Of a stretch of 17,044 nt of DNA, positions 1 through 7,918 are shown piece by piece. Source of the stretch: an uncultured Nitrososphaerales archaeon. GTDB lineage: Archaea; Thermoproteota; Nitrososphaeria; Nitrososphaerales; Nitrososphaeraceae. The notes beneath the pieces were generated by a model. That model did not search any database. It was not told the origin of the DNA and saw only the letters and a list, made by a program, of their open reading frames with translations. Position numbers and translations under genes: made by a program. The stretch covers positions 1-17,044 of the forward strand of contig CAVOHZ010000011.1 in the NCBI GenBank assembly GCA_963695855.1, in the 5' to 3' direction. The number at the start of each line of letters is the position of its first letter. Within the stretch, counting starts at the first letter, position 1.

Positions 1-740
1 ACACTATCTTTCCATTCTTGCAAATCATTCTTCTGCATTTTCACCATCTTGTTTCTAAGGTAATGATTGGTCTTGTTTCTGCATCTAGAATTCTTTCTTA
101 CCTTTATTGCTGGTTGTATGCCTTTAAATGATAGAAACTGAAGATTCTTGTTGCTATCATAGGAACCATCCATGATAGCAGTATCTATTACCTTATTCTG
201 TTTTATTGCTATATAATCAACCAATTTTGGAAGTACTTTTACATCATGTACTTCTTCACTAGTAACATCTAATGATAGAATTCTCTTCTTTTTTATATCG
301 ACTGCTAAATGTATCTTTAGATATCCTCTTTTTACATTCCACTTGTGTCTAATCCATTCACCCCTCTTAGATACCTTTATACCGGTAGAATCAATTGCAA
401 TAACAAAATTATCATCATGCAAGTTAGATTTGGTTATATCATCAGAAATCTTGATATCCAGTCTATTTATTCTTCTGCTAATGTTACTATAATCTGGAAT
501 TGATGGCAAAGTGTTTGAAGCATGTTCTCTTACTACTCCTTCAGTTTGTCTGTAGGGTAAGTGAAAGTATGCTCTCATGTATCCCAATAACTTGACAAAT
601 GAATCTGGATATACGAATTTCCTACCTTCCTTTTCCTTATTCATCTTCTCTAGTTCAGTATTCCAGTTATCTATAACATCAAAATCCAGTAATACCTCAC
701 CACGTTTAACAAGAGATTCGTTGTAATTTCTCCAGTTCAC
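1..740 (-). CDS. IS5-family (IS903 group) DDE transposase, 3' end outside window
   Basis: My translation from GTG at 740: MNWRNYNESLVKRGEVLLDFDVIDNW...FHLPYRQTEG...PDYSNISRR...IAIDSTGIKVSKRGEWIRHKW...YLKIHLAVD...VHD...MDGSYDS. It stays open to the window edge. NWxxYNxxLxxRG, DSTGxK, GEW and DGxYD are IS903-group signatures. Absent from the ORF track because there is no stop in the window. Confidence 0.93.
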   Translation of the reverse strand, partial: MNWRNYNESLVKRGEVLLDFDVIDNWNTELEKMNKEKEGRKFVYPDSFVKLLGYMRAYFHLPYRQTEGVVREHASNTLPSIPDYSNISRRINRLDIKISDDITKSNLHDDNFVIAIDSTGIKVSKRGEWIRHKWNVKRGYLKIHLAVDIKKKRILSLDVTSEEVHDVKVLPKLVDYIAIKQNKVIDTAIMDGSYDSNKNLQFLSFKGIQPAIKVRKNSRCRNKTNHYLRNKMVKMQKNDLQEWKDS

Positions 741-802
741 ATAATATGACTAGAATTGGTTAGCTAAATGTGTTGGGAAGAACAAGTTGTGCAACAAGGC
801 AC
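1..802 (-). mobile_element. IS5/IS903-group insertion sequence (left end at about 801-802; right end outside window)
   Basis: The transposase has, about 60 bp upstream, the minus-strand sequence (G)TGCCTTGTTGCACAAC, which resembles the IS903 terminal repeat GGCTTTGTTG. Similarity between the two copies stops exactly here. Confidence 0.85.
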
Positions 803-940
803 AGTTATCTATAATATCAAAATCCAGTAATACCTCGCCACGTTTAACAAGAGATTCGTTGTAATTTCTCCAGTTCACATAATATGACTAGAATTGGTTA
901 GCTAAATGTGTTGAGAAGAACAAGTTGTGCAACAAGGCAC
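803..940 (-). mobile_element. Second, truncated IS left end (terminal repeat plus first 25 transposase codons)
   Basis: 803-940 repeats 665-802 directly (period 138) with 3 substitutions. Confidence 0.9.
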
Positions 941-1105
941 CCATTACAACAGAATAAATATGATCAATATTTTATGAATCATGAATTATATGATAACAAT
1001 TATGTTACTGATTTCCATTTTATTTTAATGTATTGTATCTCTCTTCTTTCTTGATCTTGTTAATTCATTGCTTATATATTATACTTCCATAGAGAGGTAA
1101 CAGAT

Positions 1106-1412
1106 TCACCATTTAACATGGGTAACACTTTTTATCTGCTTGATCGTCTTGTTATTTTCACAAATATTTAATCTTCTTACTTTCCTAAATAACATTTCAC
1201 CTATACTGTGAGCATTGATGTAACGATGTTGTTTTGTATAGTTGTGTACCTTAACATTCAGAGAATACACCTTCCTACCCTCTTCACAGTTGGGAATATT
1301 TATTGCAAGGAACTCGTTTTTGAGTCCTTTCTCAGTAAATGAAATTTTAATCTATACTGGGAGGTACAACAAACAGAACAGAATCTCTATATATTTTTCT
1401 ATATTCCGTCAT
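1106..1412 (-). pseudogene. Possible frameshifted hypothetical gene
   Basis: ATG at 1412 gives MTEYRKIYRDSVLFVVPPSID*. A different frame is open from 1351 to the stop at 1106 (IKISFTEKGLKNEFLAINIPNCEEGRKVYSLNVKVHNYTKQHRYINAHSIGEMLFRKVRR...KW*). One base change near 1351 would join them. Confidence 0.35.
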
Positions 1413-1470
1413 TGATGCACTTTTGAGGAAGGCGAACAGGATTTATTTGTCTGTTAGGCACTAATTATAC

Positions 1471-1478
1471 TTTATATA
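1471..1478 (+). promoter_or_regulatory. Archaeal TATA box candidate
   Basis: TTTATATA about 33-41 nt upstream of the ATG at 1512. Confidence 0.45.
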
Positions 1479-1511
1479 TATGTTTTAATACTATAAAAAC
1501 AAAATTAAGAT

Positions 1512-1922
1512 ATGCCAAAAACAACAGCGAATGGTCCAACACTGGTGATTTCTGGTTCTTGTATTAATTTTGACAAAGAAAGAATTAGGATAATTGAGCA
1601 TATAAACGAATTAGAATTGATATCACACACAAAAACTGATTACGAAGTGTCATCAGAGGGCTCTTCTTTAGGATGGGACTTTTTTCGGATTTATTTTGAG
1701 CAAAATTTTGTCGAACGAATATCCGAAATTTTTCCAGAGATGCAAAAAGAAGTAGGAGTTACTTTAGAACAACGCTTCGTAATTTGGTTATCCAAAAGAT
1801 TTAAAAAAAGAAAATTAGATTATTATTTGAAACTAGAAGAAATACCGTATGAAAAAACATTAGGTTTTAGACTTGATCCAGAAAACTATCGTAACGAAGA
1901 AGATCTGGTGGATTTACGCTAG
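1512..1922 (+). CDS. Hypothetical protein (136 aa)
   Basis: ORF track; protein-like composition; upstream TATA; no recognised motif. Confidence 0.8.
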   Translation: MPKTTANGPTLVISGSCINFDKERIRIIEHINELELISHTKTDYEVSSEGSSLGWDFFRIYFEQNFVERISEIFPEMQKEVGVTLEQRFVIWLSKRFKKRKLDYYLKLEEIPYEKTLGFRLDPENYRNEEDLVDLR

Positions 1923-2039
1923 CTTTACTTTCTATTAGCTTCATTTTATTTGTAATATTCATTGTTTTCCACATTTATTGGTTAGGGACTATGAATAATT
2001 TGTCATACGCTTTATAGGACAAGTAACATATTAAAGATT

Positions 2040-2354
2040 ATGAGTTATGGATACGAGATAGGTCCCGGCGATAATCAGGGTCTATCAAATAAACAACTTG
2101 CATTGATATTTGGACTAGGTATAACAGGGATTTTTCTAGTGTTTGCTATTTTTATTTTCCCAATACAAAATCTTTTTCGTGAATCAGTTAGTGAGCAAGT
2201 TGTAATAGTTACTAAAAGTGATGGTGATTGTGTTGTAAATAGTCAAGATCACCCAAGAAGCATTCCTAACTGCAATTATGATGTAGGAGATAAAGTACAA
2301 ATCACATACAAATATGGCACTGCTATGATTGAGGATCATAAAAAAATAAATTGA
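2040..2354 (+). CDS. Small membrane-anchored hypothetical protein (104 aa)
   Basis: One hydrophobic segment (LALIFGLGITGIFLVFAIFIFPI) followed by a beta-rich domain with two Cys. TTTATA at 2011 suggests a leaderless transcript. Confidence 0.8.
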   Translation: MSYGYEIGPGDNQGLSNKQLALIFGLGITGIFLVFAIFIFPIQNLFRESVSEQVVIVTKSDGDCVVNSQDHPRSIPNCNYDVGDKVQITYKYGTAMIEDHKKIN

Positions 2355-2455
2355 GACTCATATGATTTTTTTCTACACACCTTTTAAAAATCTAAATTTA
2401 CCTAATGATGAAAATATAAGATAACATTAAATCTTTGAACAAGCAATAATTTCAT

Positions 2456-2752
2456 ATGGTATTAGAAGATGAATTAACCAGAAAGTTACTGGATAAAATA
2501 ATCCAGAATGTTATTTCATGCTTGCCCATGATAGAAAGAATATCTAAAGTACAAAATGAAAGAATCAAAGAAGAGATAGGAGTCGTTAACCAAAGAGACT
2601 TTATCATGGGAGCTATATGGTGTACGATATTAGAGAAATTCCTCGTTTCTTCATATCTTTATACTGGTAAAACTATTACCTATGAACAAGGTTTAGAAAT
2701 AAGTGACTATACATTAGATAGCATATCAAAGTTATCACTTGAGATCAAATAA
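2456..2752 (+). CDS. Hypothetical protein (98 aa), predicted helical
   Basis: ORF track; same strand as its neighbours. Confidence 0.7.
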   Translation: MVLEDELTRKLLDKIIQNVISCLPMIERISKVQNERIKEEIGVVNQRDFIMGAIWCTILEKFLVSSYLYTGKTITYEQGLEISDYTLDSISKLSLEIK

Positions 2753-2896
2753 ATAAATAATTATTAAATGTGAAGCTACGGTAATACTTTATATGATGAG
2801 GTTCAGAGAATTTATAATAAAAAAACCAGATATTGTCTTAAATTAAGAATTAAAATTATGAAACCAAATTATCAAGCCAATAACAAATTAAGTGAC

Positions 2897-3792
2897 CTAT
2901 AAACCACTCATAATTTGATTTATTAGTTTTAGTGCATTTTTAGCACTTTTTTCTTTATCTTTTATCTCCAACATGATATCTAAATCAACAGAAGTAATGA
3001 CGAGAACAAATTCCTTGAATTGTTTCATATCCAAAGTAGCAGAATGTTTTCCTTTTCTTTCATTTGGCTCCTGATTACTATAATCAATCATTATTATTCC
3101 ATCTCTATGATTATACCATGTATCGCTAGCCCTTTGCAAGGCATGAATTAATGACAAATTATCTCCAAAACACTTATGATGAAATGTGTCAAAAAGAATT
3201 GGTATATCTGTATTCGAGTGAATTTCTATACAATCATTCAAATTATAAAGATGATCGTCGTTTTCGAATACCAACCTTTTTTTTACTTTTTCAGAAAGCA
3301 AATTCTTGTAATTTGATATGAATTTTTTCTTTGAATCTTCTCTGTCTCCATAAACTCCTCCAACATGAATTTGAACTTTTGCTGAGGTATGAAGTCTCAT
3401 TAGATCCAGAACATCTGTATGATACTCTAGTTCTTTAATACTATTATTCACAATATCTGGATTTTTTGAATTTATGAGAACGAATTGGTCTGGATGCATA
3501 GATATTCTCATATCATTTTCTTTTATCAATCTGCCAATTTTTATAAAATCACATCTAAAAGATTTTTTCCAGTCGAATTTACATATTGAATGAGATGCGA
3601 ATGGAATTAAATCTGAACTTATTCTAAAAAACATGAGATTGTTTTCTATATTATACTTTAATATTTCAACAAGAGTGTCAAGATTGTATTATATGGATTG
3701 AATCAATCGTTCTTCAGTGTAAGAAGATAATCGAAATGTTGATACCGTTTTTTTCCAATTGAATAATTTATACACGGATAACCGATCTTCAT
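2897..3792 (-). pseudogene. uvsE: UV-damage endonuclease UvsE/UvdE, disrupted
   Basis: Motifs FFRISSDLIPFASH, RISMHPDQF, IHVGG, ENDD, FDTFHH, GKHS and DIMLEIKDKE. The true start is ATG 3792 (MKIGYPCIN). A 1-nt deletion in the 7-A run (3748-3754) and an in-frame TAA (3689-3691) precede the listed ORF 2897-3634. Repaired length is about 298 aa. Confidence 0.92.
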
Positions 3793-4004
3793 AAGCAATT
3801 ATTTAATACCATCGAGAAAATTAAGATTTTTTTACTTATTGAAATACTCAATTTATTGTAAATTAAAAATATCGGTTTTGATAAAAATATAGACAAATTT
3901 ACGCGACTTTTTTTCTTTTGAATTTGTTAATAATGTTATAATTAATCGACGTTTTTCTTTAGTTAAGTACAAAAATTTGGGTGATTGTATTTTCTAACAA
4001 GTTG

Positions 4005-4041
4005 GCACTATGTTAATTTTTTTACCTCTAGTTTTTATATA
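4005..4041 (+). promoter_or_regulatory. GCACTATGT motif (4005-4013) plus TATA box TTTATATA (4034-4041)
   Basis: Upstream of the ATG at 4061. The same 9-mer occurs twice upstream of the B12-binding gene. Confidence 0.5.
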
Positions 4042-4060
4042 AATAAGAAAAAGATATGAT

Positions 4061-4624
4061 ATGTTAAAACAAAAAGGATGCAATATGGTGATTCTTTATT
4101 GTACCATTGCTGGCTTCATTTCAGCTTGGACAATATCTGGATTACTTGTAATTGTAGATATTGTTTCAAATACTCCTGCAGATACATTCTTTTCGGTCAC
4201 AGGAGTATCAATTGGAATAGAAGATCCTGTTGTGGCTCAGTATATTGGTTTTGGATTACACGCGCTAACTGGAACTGCGGCTGGCAATATTTTTGGACAA
4301 GTAACATCCTTTTGGAATAAAGTATTTCCAACTGGCATCAGACGAGGGATACCGCTTGGAATAATTCAGGGAATAGCATTGTGGATTTTATTGTTCGTTC
4401 CTTTAGCTACTATGGCAATTCAAGCCAAACTTGATTCTCTTGTGACCATGGCCACAAATGAGAATTTCAAAAACATTGCATTTCATTTTGAAGGATGGTA
4501 TCTAGTCATCATAAGTGGATCATTGATATTTCATATAATGTAGACAGTTTTACTGGGCTTTATTGTTGGGAGTATGTCAGAACTTGATTTGTTTGTTCAC
4601 CCGACTTTCAATAAAAATGTATGA
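4061..4624 (+). pseudogene. Multi-pass membrane protein interrupted by TAG at 4541-4543 (listed ORF 4061-4543)
   Basis: About four hydrophobic helices, with intramembrane His in GFGLHALTG and LIFHIM. After the TAG the same frame continues the hydrophobic helix, TVLLGFIVGSMSELDLFVHPTFNKNV, to TGA at 4622-4624 (187 aa if read through). Confidence 0.7.
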
Positions 4625-4847
4625 TGTCTTTGACGAAATTACATACAATAAGATAGTAAATATGATAGCCATAACAAAAATAAGTACATTTAATAAAAAG
4701 TGATCTAAAAATGGATACATTAACAAAGTCATATACAGATAATCAGTATAAAAGCGGATGCATTTTTTGTTACTAAGGATTAAAAAATATTCTAAAATAT
4801 CTATTTAAAAATATTATAGAGTATTCAACTGTTGGAGAGAAAAATAA

Positions 4848-6224
4848 TTGAAAAATAATCAAAATCAAGAGAAAAAATTACGTATTTTAGTAACAGGAGC
4901 AACTGGATTTATAGGTTCAAGGCTTACTAGAAGATTAATTGCCTTGGGAAAATATCATATTCGTTGCATGACTAGAAATCCAGATGAAATATACAAAAAG
5001 ATATTTGGGTTAAGTGAAAATATTATTGAGATAGTAAGGGTAGATGCTACCAAATATGAAGAAGTATTAAAAGCCTTAGAAGATATTGATGTGGTTTTTT
5101 ATTTAATTCATTCAATGGAAGGTACATCTTTAAAATGGAAAGAATTCTCGTACAAAGATAAATTAATAGCTGAAAATTTTGCTAAAGCTGCCTCAGAAAA
5201 AAGAGTTAAAAGGATAATATATTTAGGAGGTCTAATTAATGAAATTAATAATCTTTCCGAACATATGCGAAGTAGGAAGGAAGTTGGAGAAATTCTCAAA
5301 AAATCTACGACCAAAGTTACAGTATTACGTGCCGCAATAATTTTAGGAGCAGGAGGAGGATCGTTTCAAATGCTAAAATATCTAGTAGAAAGACTTCCAA
5401 TTATGGTGTGTCCCAGGTGGGTTCAAACCAGATCACAGCCAATAGCAGTTGATGATGTTGTAAACTATCTTGTGACTTGTTTGGAGGTTTCAGAAACACA
5501 AGGAAAAGACTTTGATATTGGAGGTCCAGAAATAGTCACCTATTTTGAGTTAATGAAAAGATATGCAAGCACATTCAATAAATCATTAAGAATACTAGTT
5601 ATACCTTTTTTAACTCCGAGATTATCTTCTTACTGGATAGACCTTGTCACGCCAGTTCAGGCCTCTTTAGCAAGACCATTGATTGATAGTTTGAAACATG
5701 AAGCCACAGTTAAGGATGAACAAATAAGAAAATTAATCCAATTTGATCTTTCTACTATTGAGCAAGCCATAAAAACGTCTAAAAAAGAATCTGAAATCAA
5801 ATCGAAAATTCTAAAAATAAATGAAAAAAGTTCCATTTCATTGAACAACAAAATACTAATTATATCACTTTTATTGTTGGCAGCAATTGGTTCAACATAT
5901 TATTTTTTAGATACACGACAAGATGTTTTTCGGCCATATTGGATCGTTTTAAGTTTTTTATGGTATTTTGGAATATTCTTTTCTATTTATTTTGTTAGAT
6001 ATGGCGCAAGGCTTGGATCTCTCATTGCAGGGACTTTAGGATGGATAACAATAACCTTTTGGTTATTAGATAACATTCGCTTGGTTTATGATACATCTAT
6101 TATAACCTCCTCACCATCAGACCTTATAATGACTATTAGGAATTTTCTAGGGGGTGTAATATCTATTTCGGTAATATTATCGTCTCATAATGTCTTTCAC
6201 AAGATAAGATTATATAAAATATGA
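4848..6224 (+). CDS. Atypical SDR / NAD(P)H-binding protein (YbjT-like) with a C-terminal ~4-TM domain
   Basis: ILVTGATGFIG Rossmann motif; family motifs YLIHSM, IIYLGGL, SEHMRSR, LRAAIILGAGGGSF and QPIAVDDV. Residues from about 335 onward are hydrophobic helices. TTG start. Confidence 0.88.
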   Translation: MKNNQNQEKKLRILVTGATGFIGSRLTRRLIALGKYHIRCMTRNPDEIYKKIFGLSENIIEIVRVDATKYEEVLKALEDIDVVFYLIHSMEGTSLKWKEFSYKDKLIAENFAKAASEKRVKRIIYLGGLINEINNLSEHMRSRKEVGEILKKSTTKVTVLRAAIILGAGGGSFQMLKYLVERLPIMVCPRWVQTRSQPIAVDDVVNYLVTCLEVSETQGKDFDIGGPEIVTYFELMKRYASTFNKSLRILVIPFLTPRLSSYWIDLVTPVQASLARPLIDSLKHEATVKDEQIRKLIQFDLSTIEQAIKTSKKESEIKSKILKINEKSSISLNNKILIISLLLLAAIGSTYYFLDTRQDVFRPYWIVLSFLWYFGIFFSIYFVRYGARLGSLIAGTLGWITITFWLLDNIRLVYDTSIITSSPSDLIMTIRNFLGGVISISVILSSHNVFHKIRLYKI

Positions 6225-6503
6225 TAATGTGATCCAACGAAAAGAAAATTAAATCTCTTTAAAATATATTTTTTATTTTGGGGCATATTATAATTACCAT
6301 TATCCATATATTTATTATAAAAATATTTTGCTAATATTACCGCATTTCAATAATTATATTAAATTAGATTAAATACTGTGAAAACCTCATTTATTTGAAT
6401 AATAATTTTTATAGTGCTATTATATTATAACCAATACTAAATTTGAACCTAAAAACAAGAAATTAACATTTTAAAAAAATCAAATTGAATAATAGGGCTA
6501 AAA

Positions 6504-7379
6504 TTAAACATTTATGTATTCATTAATATGGCGTATAAAATTACTTATTGATTCGTTATGCAAAATACTAATTTTGTTCTGTTTGTTTTGATTTTCTATC
6601 GCCTTGTCCCCTTTCAATGCAATGACCCCTGCTCCAGCAACTACTATGTTAGTTGGATATTTTTTATTTATTTCATTTATTAGTCTTATAGCGGTATTTT
6701 TATGTTCTGATAATGTAATGCATATTATTATTAAATTCGGGCGTGCTTCATTTACATATTCAATTATTGATTCGTTCGGAGCTGATGGAGATATATTATA
6801 AACGTGATATTTTTTTTCTAATAATAGTGATTCAAGTATCTCACACCCAATCTTGTGTATTTCTCCCTCTGGAGTACATAAAAGGACCTTTATCGGTTTT
6901 TTCTTTTCTGTGTCCAAACTATGAAACTTGTTATTTATTATACTTATTAGGTTCGAAGCTGCATTACTGCAAGCGTGTTCCGTGGCAACATCTAATTCTT
7001 CTTTCTCCCACAGGTTCCCTACCTTTTGCAACACAGGAATTAGAATAAATTCATAAAAATCAGTTAAATCAATATTCTTCGTAGAAGTAGAATAAATGTT
7101 TATTACTTTATTTATATCGTAATTAATCAGAGCTTCAAATAATCGATCTTGAAATATCCTTTCTGATTCTTTATCTCTTCCTTTATCACTAAATTTTCCA
7201 AAAAATGATATTACATTTTCTGTTTTGCGATATTCTTCCGGAATATCATCAATGGATAATTTAGAAATATTTCCTAAATATTTGACTGTTATTTGTTTAG
7301 GTTTTTTTTCTGTCCAGACATTTTTTACTAAATAAGCATAGGAATTATTTTTTATTTTTTTTACTCTGATATAGACCAT
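6504..7379 (-). CDS. Cobalamin-binding regulator, CarH/LitR-like sensor domains with a non-MerR N-terminal domain
   Basis: W-x9-EH (WEKEELDVATEH) in the cap domain. E-x-H-x2-G (EIHKIG)-x41-C-x-T-x25-AG matches the spacing of the B12-binding consensus D/E-x-H-x2-G-x41-S-x-T/V-x22-27-GG. Confidence 0.88.
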   Translation of the reverse strand: MVYIRVKKIKNNSYAYLVKNVWTEKKPKQITVKYLGNISKLSIDDIPEEYRKTENVISFFGKFSDKGRDKESERIFQDRLFEALINYDINKVINIYSTSTKNIDLTDFYEFILIPVLQKVGNLWEKEELDVATEHACSNAASNLISIINNKFHSLDTEKKKPIKVLLCTPEGEIHKIGCEILESLLLEKKYHVYNISPSAPNESIIEYVNEARPNLIIICITLSEHKNTAIRLINEINKKYPTNIVVAGAGVIALKGDKAIENQNKQNKISILHNESISNFIRHINEYINV

Positions 7380-7465
7380 TTTTACTCATCGTCGTACAAC
7401 ATGTACGTAGGGTAGCCGAAGTAATAGAATTTTTCATAATTGTATAAAGCGTTCATGCCTATTTA

Positions 7466-7499
7466 TACATAGTGCTAAATCTGTTACATAGTGCTAAAT
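7466..7499. repeat. Two perfect 15-bp direct repeats TACATAGTGCTAAAT (7466-7480, 7485-7499), period 19; candidate operator
   Basis: Read directly from the sequence. Lies upstream of the B12-binding gene and its minus-strand TTTATA (7448-7443). Confidence 0.85.
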
Positions 7500-7660
7500 G
7501 TGAAAGAAAGAATAAAAATTTTATTCGATAAAATATTTTAAATATTGCTTTGGACTGCTTTATAGAATCTAAGTAAAGTCCAGAACTATTTCGTATGCAT
7601 TAATTAGATTTTTCTATATTTTATTGTCTTTTTAGACCAAGATTTGAACCAGATATTCAG

Positions 7661-7734
7661 TGGGGTCGGCCGGATTTGAACCGGCGGTCTCCAGCGCCCG
7701 AGGCTGGAATCATGCCAAACTAGACCACAACCCC
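7661..7734 (-). tRNA. tRNA-Pro(CGG), no intron, CCA not encoded
   Basis: Minus strand GGGGTTG TGGTCTAGTTTGGCATGAT T CCAGC CT CGG GC GCTGG AGACC GCCGG TTCAAAT CCGGC CGACCCC A. Acceptor, anticodon and T stems all pair. Confidence 0.96.
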
Positions 7735-7918
7735 GAAAATCATTGGATGTACTCACGGTCACCGTAATTATTAACTTATTTTTCGATATAAAAAGTCAAT
7801 TCTGTAAAAAACATATGATTTCCATATCATTTTTTAAGATATTATAGAGGCTCAATATCCAGAGTAAAAATAAATTTTTACTTTCCATAGTCTCGTCAGT
7901 TAATCTATCTTTAAAAAA

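Noticed and set aside
4078-4320. 80-aa Cys/Trp-rich ORF
   Set aside because: Alternative frame inside the membrane-protein gene; the composition is what a shifted hydrophobic gene produces.
4541-4543. TAG as a pyrrolysine or programmed read-through codon
   Set aside because: No pyl genes are in the window and none are expected in this lineage; a point mutation is simpler given the neighbouring pseudogene.
6411-6419. ATAGTGCTA, a 9-bp match to the 15-bp repeat
   Set aside because: Lies between two convergent gene ends with no promoter to control; AT-rich enough to be chance.
7466-7499. 15-bp direct repeats as a mini-CRISPR
   Set aside because: Repeats are too short, the spacer is 4 nt, there are only two copies and no cas genes.
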